Assembly (NCBI GenBank): GCA_051362555.1
Contig: CM120641.1
Coordinates: 1,736,001 to 1,800,000, forward strand
Source: Lingula anatina
Taxonomy: Eukaryota > Animalia > Brachiopoda
Direction of reading: 5' to 3'
Length of the DNA: 64,000 nt
This document shows positions 37,301 to 47,600 of the stretch, in pieces. A model generated the notes under the pieces. That model was not told where the DNA came from. It ran no database searches and worked only from the letters and a program-made list of their open reading frames with translations. Position numbers and translations under genes: made by a program. The stretch's first letter is position 1. Each line of letters opens with the position of its first letter.

Positions 37301-40300
37301 CAGAACACAACCCTGAGGCGCACCTGTATTTAAAACCACAATATCAGAAGTACTTGTACCCACTTTCACAGCTTGTCTCCTGTCTAATAAAAAATCTAAA
37401 ACCCAACTGCATAAAAATGAAGGAATTTTTAGTTCGTTTAAAAGCTTAGCATAAAGTTTTTGTGGAATAATGGTATTAAAAGCCGAGCTGTAGTCTATAA
37501 ATAATGGTGTCGTGCTGGTAATAAAGAAACCCAAGTATCCTTGCGTATGTGTTTTTCTTATCTGCGTGTTCTAAAATGTTGTGTATGCACATACTAAGAG
37601 CGTCATCTACGCTTCTATTGCGTCTATATGCAAACTGAAAGGGATCAAGTGTCTCTGGTACAATGGTTTTAATATACGACAGAACAAGTTTCTCTAGAAT
37701 TTTCATTGGAACTGGGGTCAACGCAACCGGACGGAGATCGTTTAGGCAAGAAACTGTTTTGGACTTCGGCACAGGAATGATAGTAGCTGTCTTCCATGCC
37801 CGCGGAACTCGTTGGGAAAGCAGCGATAGATTGTAAATATCCGTGAATACATGTGCCAGTTGTGGTGCACATGTCTTTAGAAGCCTTGGCGAAATACCAT
37901 CTGGTCCAGATGACTTGTGTGCGTCGAGGCCCATAAAATGACACTGAACCTGCCATTTCTGAACAGAAAAGGGCGGTGGGTCATGTGGATGTGCATTTAG
38001 TGGAGCCGATCTTAAGTCCGAGTTGTTGGCAATGTCAAACCTAGCGTAAAATTCATTCAGCTTGTCGGGAAGTGCTGTGTCGTCGTCACTCAGTACGTGT
38101 TTTGGACCTTTGTATTTAGTGAGTGATGACATGTTTGACCATAGCTGTCTTACGTTATTGGTCTCAAACTTTTCTTCGAATTTCTTTTTAAAGTCTCTCT
38201 TGGCGTTCTTGATGGCCCATCGCAGGGTTGCTTTTAACTTCCGATAGTTTTTGGGGTGTTGTTCTTTGTTACGGTAGGCTACATCTTTTTCCTTAATGAG
38301 CTTGCGGATCTTGTTGTTGCACCAGAGCTTGTTGTTAGTAAACTGCTTCACTTGCTTTCTCGGGACACACATTTCTTCACAGAATTGGATGTAACCAGTA
38401 ACGGCATCAGTGTAGTTGTTAACGTCCTCAGTATCTCTGAATACCTCCCACTCGGTGGCCTCGAGGCAATCATGGAGGGTATCTATGGCTGCTTGGTTGA
38501 AAACTTTTACTGTTTTTATGGTGGGCTTGTTTTCCTTGAATTGTTGCTTGTATGTTGGAATTAGCAAGATAATGCAGTGGTCGGAGTTTCCTAAAGAGGA
38601 TCGTTTGACTGGTTGGTACGCCCCTTTAATAGGACAATAGCAGTGGTCCAAAATGTTATTGCCCCTTGTCGGAAAATTGATGACATGGCGATAATTAGGT
38701 AGTGTCGTTTTCAAGTTGGCTTTGTTGAAATCACCAAGGACAATAGATAATGAATCAGGTTCCGAATTATCATGGGATGTGACGACTGATGTGAGGTTTT
38801 GTATTGCTAATTTTGTATCAGCCCGGGGGTGGATGTAGACGGCTGTAATTATGACACTAGTGAATTCACGTGGGAGATAGAATGGCCTGCACTTTAGAGT
38901 TATCAACTCAATGTCTGATGTACATATTTCATGTAATTTCTTAACTTCCGTGCACCATGCATTGTTAATGAGAAAACACACACCTCCGCCTTGCCTCTTA
39001 CCCGTGCTTATCCGCTCTGTCTTGCCTATATATCGAAAATCCCTCTGGTTGAAGGCACTGATCGGGAATGTTCTCAGTTAGCCATGTCTCTGTAAAGCAA
39101 TAGATAGTACAATTCTTGTAGTCTGCAAAGTTCGATATTCTGTAGTTTAGTTCGTCCATTTTGTTATAAAGACTTTGAACATTAGCCAGGATTATGCTTG
39201 GTACTGGTGACTTTAGTCTTCTTCTCCGTTGTCTTACTAGTTTGCCTCCCCTCCTGCCCCTTTTACGTATTCCGTATCGTCTAGCTGTGGGTAATATAAA
39301 ATGAGCAGACTGCAAGTTATGCATTCTGAACTTTGTTGCATCAGGGCGATTTCTGAACTAATATTAAAACTATGCAAAAAATACGTATTTTTCTAAATTT
39401 TTCCTCCTTAATATCTTTCGGGTTCTTCGTATTCCAGTAAAACTCAAATGAGTTTTACGAATCGATAGATAAAATACTTCTGACTGCCCCGTATCAAGGA
39501 TGAAAATCAATGCAATATGGCAATCTTTTATAGTGTAATGACAAAACCGCATGAAAATAGTGACGTAGCTGTAATAAGATTGACGTGTCAAACTGCTGCT
39601 GTTCTTGCACTCGTAGAAGCGTATCCAGACCCCCCTAAACTGAGTGTGGGGGGGGGGGGGTAATTCTGAATGTCCTGTAACAGTGAGGGTATATGGTAGT
39701 CTTATTTAGTGTTATGTCAACACTTCAATACGAAGTGACACCACTGCATGAAAGATTGTTGTATCATACAGATTCTGTTCTTGTAGAAGCGTGTCCAGAC
39801 CCCCCTAAGCTGACCGGTGCACATATAACGTCTGCAGCAAGGAAATTCTATGTGGAAGGCCACAATGTCACCTATCAGTGTGAGAGAGGGTACCAGAGCA
39901 CAACTTATCCAGAAACAGCACACACCAAGATGTGTACCAACAGTGTCTGGAAGGGAACAGACTTCACCTGCAAACGTCAGTACGATTAGAACTATTCAAA
40001 GAGCGTCTTTTAAAATTGTACGTGCTGTACGACCTTAACGAATTTTAAAAACCTACACAATCCTTCCAAAATTCAGGTTATTGGTTAGAAAAACTTGTAT
40101 TTGAGATATTTCCAAATGTTCAATGGTGGCTGTTCTTTCTTTTGGTATTATGATACAGCATACCACATCCTTATATCATGAGACCCTTTTTTCATTGACA
40201 GGGGTTTGTCAATCCCCTCCAGACGTTAAGAACGCCGTGGTAAAGCCTCCTCCACCCCCATTCTTTGAAGGAACAGCAGTGCAGTATACTTGTATCCCTG

Positions 40301-42419
40301 GGTTAGTGGCAGTAAATAGGACTGCTCTGAAAACCTGCGTTGGAGGCAACTGGACTGGCGATGACATCGACTGTCAAAGTATTTACTTAATTTCAGTTAT
40401 TTGGTGTTTTTTGTTAGACATATGAATGTAACATATATATATATATGAAATACCGATATAATATAATTTGGTTAGCTTTGCTCAAAAAACAGATCTCCAC
40501 GACTGGACTTGAAATTTTGAAACATGATTATGTCTTTTACCATCTTCTAAAAAATGTTCTCTTTTCAGAGGTATGTGCTCAGTTACCCTACGTTGAGAAC
40601 ACTAACGTCATAATGAACCACGTCCCCGGCGGGAGACTTATAGAGGGCGCTAGGGTTATCCACCGCTGCCAGACAGGCTACACTCAGGTCGGAGGCAATA
40701 GTCTCCGTGTGTGCCATGACAGCAGCTGGACAGGGAAGGACATTCAATGTGAAAGTGAGTAGTACCAGCGGGGTTGAAAACTCAGGCCGGGTGTACGTTG
40801 AGTAGAGAATCCTGATATTGTGTCCCTTTTACACATAGTACACCTAAAATAAAGCGTGCACGGAGTAACCATGAGTAACTCAAGATGCATTTTTTTGGGT
40901 TTCTTTGTCGCAATTGTGCCCATGATATATAACACAAGGGACTTACTTATGCTTCTGTTATTGTGTACGTCGAGCTGCTCATCAAAGTTATTTTCTATGA
41001 GGGTTTTTATCGCTTTGAAGGTGTCAATTGGGGGGAAATGTTGTCCTCCAGAATATATGTAGGCAGAAAATATATATTTAGGACATTTTCAAACGCGCAC
41101 GGTGTACCTTTAATTTTCAGAATCGTGCCAAGCGCCTCCAGCTATCCGTAACACCGAACTGGCCGACACCTCATCCACATATCGGCATGGTACCGAGGTC
41201 CGCTACCAGTGTGTGAATGGAACGCTTAAAGTTGGGGGATCAGAGACTAAACAGTGCGTATCAGGGAACTGGTCCACTCCGGATGATCTACACTGTGAAA
41301 GTAAGTAAACACAGGATAGCGCTACGTGATTAGGCCGATATATTAAATGTGACTCCGTAGCATTAATGTATTTATTTATTGTTAATGAACTAGGTTTGGG
41401 GCGATTTCAAGTTTTGATTTAATTTTTCTAATGACGTTGCCAAAACACATCCTATCACTATTGCCCCTTTACATTTTAACTTGATCAAGGAACAAATCTT
41501 TTGTGTGTTTTCATAAAAGGTGAATTCAGAAGGTCTAAAGGACCTGTGGTTTATCCCTACATCAAATTTTACTCAAGAGGCATAACTTTCCAACCAAAGT
41601 ACATTAAAAAAACAAACAAACAAACAAATATCCCATTTCAGAACCCTGCAGCCGCCCTCCTCACTTCCCGCTCAGTCGCCGTGTATTGCTGAAGGTAGGA
41701 CCATACGTGCCAGAACATTACGTCCAAGGAAACCAGGTGAAATACGAGTGCAGACCAGGTTATGAGAACATCAACACTGGGGACATCAAGACGTGCGAGG
41801 ATGGTCGCTGGGTTGGCGCAGACGTTAACTGTCAAAGTATGGTCTATGTAAAGATAATTATTTTTTGTTCTATAATGTTTCACTTCAAATAGGAAAACAA
41901 AACCTAATGGTTACGCTGAAACGTTTCGTTATAGTCCAGGGTATATACTTGAATCTCAATAATAATGCTACTGATAATTAAGTATTTGAGGTCGACTATA
42001 ATTTAAAATTTGAAAATGAATAAATTGGGAATGATAGATTAGTTTGTGACGGGAATAGAAAAATAGATATACACTAGATAAACTAATTGAATAGGTACGA
42101 TGTACTTAAGATCATCTGTATTACAAAAGAATTTTATCTAGCCTTCAAAAGGCCGATTTAAATAAAGTATATTTCTCAACAGACACAAAAAGGTCTTCAC
42201 AAAGGTACACACCATTTCTCCTTTACAGAATTGACAACCACCACGACCGTCACCACCGTGACCACGACTGAGAAACCAATCCCCACTACAGAGACCAAGG
42301 AGCCATTTGCAGGAGGCACGAAACCAACACCTACGCCAAAGATAATAGACCCCGTGGAGCCAGGGTCGGGGGATGCCGAGAAGGATGATAACTTGGGCCT
42401 GGTTGAAGAAATCCTCTAG
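24443..42419 (+). CDS. Gene B: predicted secreted protein of ~1230 aa with a signal peptide, 2 beta-defensin-like modules, 16 CCP/Sushi domains and a Thr/Pro-rich tail (multi-Sushi, factor H/CR1/SVEP-like by domain content)
   Basis: GT-AG exons read by hand: 24443-24500 (MYLQQVRYLKFVLLLVLLT, signal peptide), 24945-25118, 25459-25581, 26734-26778, then CCP exons 27926-28177, 29431-29682, 31019-31204, 31513-31701, 32178-32363, 32600-32788, 33120-33308, 33513-33695, 34919-35101, 35538-35726, 36035-36211, 39787-39975, 40202-40378, 40569-40754, 41121-41300, 41642-41836, and last exon 42229-42419 (TAG). All internal exons are phase 1-1 and open. CCP signature C-x2-PP...G...Y-x-C-x2-GY...C...W...C. 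Confidence 0.85.
24945..25581 (+). CDS. Gene B exons 3-4: tandem beta-defensin/big-defensin-like cysteine modules
   Basis: Exon 24945-25118 encodes CFQLDGKCKPWCRKDEVDIYGVGGCRNSCC (C-x6-C-x3-C-x12-C-x3-CC). Exon 25459-25581 encodes CENFCGGQCEADCSRQAGTELNGTRLCMDKKKTQCC. Both have GxC at the second core Cys and a terminal CC. Confidence 0.7.
25353..25398. repeat. (AAT)n microsatellite (another at 2749-2800)
   Basis: Pure AAT run. Confidence 0.9.
31279..31378. mobile_element. ~100-bp hairpin element
   Basis: Ends CCCTGACGAAAAAGTCCTATAGG / CCTATAGGACTTTTCCGTACGG with internal CCTATAGG repeats. Confidence 0.5.
34126..34753. mobile_element. TTAA-TSD MITE (Kolobok-like)
   Basis: TTAA at 34122-25 and 34754-57; ends AGCAATAATAACT / AGTTATTATGACT. 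Absent from the gene A counterpart (~12240). Its 3' part matches 63327-63494. Confidence 0.7.
36389..39595 (-). mobile_element. Decayed near-full-length non-LTR retrotransposon (APE endonuclease + RT, Rex1/Babar-like) in a gene B intron, antisense
   Basis: ORF pieces 38998-39324 (LANVQSL..CFTETWL), 37476-38981 (GDFN, LDHCY, SDH, GPDGI, RPVALT, QFAYR), 37199-37500 (FIDYSSAFNTI, GAPQGCVLSP) and 36813-37238 (FADD, KKARQRVYFLRKLK, FYKCVIES). There is a (TCTTA)n-type 3' tail at ~36389-36418, with frameshifts and a stop. The 5' boundary is approximate. Confidence 0.9.
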
Positions 42420-44192
42420 TCACTAACGGTTCCCGTTGTAAGAGGAACTTCAAGATGTCACTTAGTACTACTGCACTATGCGTCTTGACAATCAGAAGCA
42501 TATATATAAACTGTTTATTATACGCTCCACTAGTCTAGATGAAATTCAAATGCAAAATTTATCAGAGATATATGTATATAAATATTAAATTGACTTTTAA
42601 CAATTAAACAGTAAAAAGCATATATTAACAGCAAGTCTTAAAATTGGATGCTTGTTCAAATGAAGAGTGTGATTTACTTCAATGTGTTCTTAAAATCATA
42701 CATATGCATTTCCTGTTTAAATTGTTCAAATTTTAAATGTGCAGCTATACATTTTTTAAGACTAGAAGTAAGATTTTATGGAATGTGAAGACTGTTACAA
42801 GTCTCTTAATTTTTTATTTATGCTCATGAAATTCATGACTATAAAATACTGCTACAGCTTCCTTTGATTTTTTTCTTGATTTTTGAAAACAGCCTACGTT
42901 TTAACACAAACAGCATACATTTTAACACATCTTACTAAAATTCTTCAAAAATAATCAAATACCCTTTTCTATGAATTAAAACATTTATAATTTGTAAATA
43001 TGCCTTAATTTGTTAAGTCTCTCACTACAACTTTTACTTATCTTCCATACCTACCATAAGACAATACACACTTTCACATGCATTCTACAAAAACTATCAA
43101 AACTTCTCACAAAACTTGTCTTGATCTTATCGAGATATCCTACATACTGTATCTTTACTCTGAAATACTTAAAATTCACAACCTTCAAGTAGTGGGTTAA
43201 ACTATATACTAATTGGCAAAAACACAGTATGTTTCATTTTTCACAACCATCTCAACCCCACAGAAATCATGTTATAAGAATACAAATTCTATCTTGAATC
43301 AAAATCTATCAATCAATAAACAGAAAACTAACTGATAGAAAGTGAATTACCAACACAATAAAGTAGGTACTAGGTACTTTTTAATAATATTAATAATAAT
43401 ATAACATTTACCCCTTTTTGATAATATCTGAATTGCTATAGTATAATCTCTCTTAAATATAACACAACAAATAGGAATGCTGTAATTGTAATGCCACTAA
43501 GTCTAATTAAGCCTCAAATTAAGCATCTTCTAGACTTTCTGCACCAGTAAAAGTTCACTTTAAAGCTGCCCTACATTTTAAGAGAAGACTAGATTCAATT
43601 ATGCTACACCCCTGATGACACGATTGTCTTGCATATATATTTGAAACTTTGTATATTTGGATGGGAGACGGGGAAATCACATTTCTATCACTATCAAATA
43701 CAAGAGACTGGAAACAATATCATCAAAAAGACAACACATATACAGGGATGATAATGGCTGGTCCCTAGGCAAGACGTGGGATATGTGTTCCAAATATTGG
43801 TCCCTGTTTTTAACACTCTTTAAACTAATAAAATGTGATAATGAAAAACACCTTGTTCCAATGAACAGTGTTACAGCACATTTGTTCATGAAGACATTCT
43901 CCGTTGAAGAATCCTTTGATGTCATCAGATATTGGTCAAATATTAAGTAAGAGACTGAAGTAATATCAGGGCAAGTTTCAGCTGCTTGTCACAGATACTA
44001 AGCAGAATAAACTACAGGCAGGAATGTGATGTGAAAATCTGTTTATGATGTCAGAAGGTCACACCGTGTCCTTTCTAGTAAATGTCATCTGTTAACGTCA
44101 CATAAACTTAACTGAAATTTGTCTCCAGGTCAACAAGAGTTCTTTTTATATACATGATCTCCTAATAAGATCACAGCACTCACTGCTATACT

Positions 44193-44342
44193 TAGGCCAC
44201 ACAGTGTCCTTTGTGATACTGTAGACATGATCTCTTTAGGTCACACAGTGTCCTTTGTTATCCTGTAGACATGATCTCTTTAGGTCACACAGTGTCCTTT
44301 GTGATACTGTAGACATGATCTCTTTAGGTCACACAGTGTCCT
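44193..44342. repeat. 44-bp tandem repeat, ~3.4 copies, downstream of the calpain stop (probable 3' UTR)
   Basis: Unit GGTCACACAGTGTCCTTTGT[GT]AT[AC]CTGTAGACATGATCTCTTTA. Confidence 0.85.
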
Positions 44343-44616
44343 CATCTATCTCTATATTCAAGTCACACAAATCCCTCTGAGATATGTGTAATCCCTTAGG
44401 TCAGCAGCATTCTTTGTAATTTGCTTGTGGTCACAGTAAGCTCTAAATATCAAATATCATGATCAACATAAGCTCTAAATTTTAAAATAACAATGATCTG
44501 GGTTAAACAGATCAGACATTGTGGCACCTTGTAAAGTTGGTTTCACCTGGAGTATATTTTTACAACACTAATAACTTCGTGGTCAATCTCTCAGGTTACT
44601 TCAATAACTGTGATCT

Positions 44617-47600
44617 TCAAATCAGCAAACCCTGCTGTAACCACTGGAAAGAAAATATAACACATAAACAGTGTCTGGACGAATCACAAGTATTTAAAGC
44701 ACTTCCTCTAATTGGTTAGTTTTTAAATTTTTCTTTTTAAAGGCACCTTATCCAAATGTTTTACAGACTTTATCAAGAAGAACATAAAAAAGATGACTGA
44801 AAAAGACCCACCTCATCAACTGAAAACACAGCCTTTCCGTTCTGCTGATGGGCCTTGAATATCTCTAGAAAATGAAATGAATACATAAAAACAAATTTAA
44901 AGCAGCACAAATACAAAATTAAACTACTGATAGGGCAATATAAATATAATCAGATCTATAGTGTGCAAGGATAACTAGTGATAGCTTAGAAATAATTTTA
45001 TACATCAAAGATCAAAGCTGAATTTTAAATTATCCAGAAAACGCAATGTGTGCAGCTCTACGTGGGGGATCCTGGGACATAATAACAACACCAACAAAAA
45101 TCCAGATAAATCGGGATGACTTTCATCTCTGATTCTCTATAGTAATGTAGTGACATTGGCCCCATTCAGAATAGGGGACTAACTAGTCTAAGGGTCAAAT
45201 ATGGCGACCCAATACAAAGCTTGCAGTCTAATCCGCTAAAATACACTGAACTGATTCTCTGTGGAGAAGTATTCAAGTGCGTCAGCTATATATGACCCTG
45301 GGACTAGTTAGTCCCCTATTCTGAATGGGGCCATCAAAGTCGGAGTACTCACTGGTCAGCTGGGTAATCCTGGCCATACACATGATAAAGCTGTCTACAC
45401 TGATCTGGTACTGTTCATCTGAATACCTCAACACCAAGGCACTCAACACTTTACTGTTGAATTTAAAACCTGAAACCAAGAGGTATAAATGGAGATGGAT
45501 GGATTCCTGGTTCTTCACATCAGAATATGTATAAACTGAGACATATTGAGGGACCTTTGGATTAAGACAGATCTTCAACATTACCCCCCCCCCCTTTCTT
45601 CTCCTGGTCACATGACACTGGGTCATGTGACTGAAAACCTCAGGTGATAAGTAGAAGGCAAGGTCCCTCAATATGCTTTCAACTTTTATTTATAGAAATT
45701 AGAACCTGCCCTATTATTAAAGCAAGAAGTTACAATGAATATGTTCATGAAAATGTGCCTACTGCTGTCTTAAAGGAGAGATGATTTCAAGGTGATAATA
45801 TAAGCCCCAGTATATTTTATCAACAGGTAACTTTCACCAGATTATGTGAAGATTTGAGAAAACTAGAAAAATGATGCTGTTTGATCAGGCTTGCATGTTT
45901 CTTAAATGCTAGGGAAACATGGGATCATTATTGCTTACACTTGATTTTAGCCAAATACTAAAAAAAAAAAAAAATTATTGTACAAGTCAATATTTTGCAT
46001 CAAGACAAGGACCAATTAGTATTACTCAAAAATACTTCCCCGACCTAAGACCGATTTTAAGCATTTGGAGCAGATTTTATGTGCTAACAAGAGCCTTTGA
46101 ATAAAGTTATTGTTAAGGGTAGGATTTAAAATTTTTGTTACAAGGGTTACAATGGGTGTTGGTATTACTGACACAAGACCTCAAATCAAAATAGTTGTAT
46201 TTTCAAATGAAAAAATTAGCCCCACTATAGAGCAGGTTGATATGTGAATAATTCTTGCTGAAGGATATAGGTAAATATGTTATAATCTTTACATAAAAGT
46301 TAGCTAATTATATGATGCAAATATAAATGCATCCGATTCTAAAACTCTCTAACATCATTTTAAGCAGGTTTAATAAATCACATTTTGAACATGTCTTACT
46401 GTGGCAATACAACTTTAAGTTCCAGCAAAACCCAATGAGATCTACAGAACTAATGTGACAAGTGACAATTTTCTGCTTAGATATGATGTCAGAGTGCTTT
46501 CAAACAAAGGTGAATAAGTACACAAGTTCCCAGCATACCTAGCGGCTGTAGCACCGTTCTTAGTTGATAAGCGCTCAGTTTTAACTGTGTCCGCCCTGGT
46601 TCTGCATTGTTGTATGTGGTCTGCCAACAAAATAGATTAGTACGTCAAAGCAGAGAGAATTTACTTACTGGCCAACACCACTGTTAGGTTATGCTTTTGA
46701 ATCAATTAATAAATTCAGCAATAATGATTAATAATATATATACAATTAGGTGGTTGCCCCTCTTCCAATTCTGCATAAATAATGATGATGATGATGACAG
46801 CAGCAATATTTGTATAGAGAAAGCAGATGATGAAATACAGATGTATTGCACTTACAAAAAAATTTATAAAATTATAATATAACAAGGCAGCAAAGCTGTC
46901 AAATGTACAGACAAAAAGCAGGAAATAACTATGCACAAAATAGGCTACTGTCAATTCTGATGCAAAAGTACATTATGTTAAACTGCAAATTCAACATCAA
47001 ATTTTAATTATGCTCAATAGGTAATACCAATGTAAGTAAAATGTGTAACAAGCATAAGGCTTCAGGCCCATGGCAGTTCAAGTTCACACTTTTCCAGAAA
47101 AAGAAGCCAATTAGACTGCTTTTCCATCTCAGGCTGCATTTTAGTCCTGTATTTCTTTTCTGAACATTTGGCAATCATCAGTAACATGGTTTTCCCATAA
47201 TGGTCATCATGGCAGCAGCACCCAAAATTGTGTTTTCTTCTATTCTGATGCAATATTACATAGTGGTTAACAGCATAATGACCGTCAATTTTTCATAATA
47301 AAATATACGTATCATGGATTTTCAGAAAATGTGACTAGCATGAGTCTTCAAGCCCATGGAACTTCAAAGTCACACCTTGAAAATGCCAATATGTGAAAAA
47401 TTAAATTTTCACAAAAAAAAAAAAACTGTTTAACTAGCAGAAAGAATTACCAAACAGACTGCATTGCCTACTGAAGCTGTATTTTAGTCCCATGTTTCTT
47501 TCCTGTAAGTTTGAGAACAGTAAGTGACATGATTTTTCTTAAATGGACATCATGGGAGCAGTGCCCAAAATATTTTTTTTCCAAATTTTGATGCAATATT

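Noticed and set aside
42420-44616. Overlapping 3' UTRs of convergent gene B and calpain
   Set aside because: Candidate polyA signals (ATTAAA ~42584 on +, AATAAA ~42813 on -) allow non-overlapping ends; this cannot be decided without transcripts.
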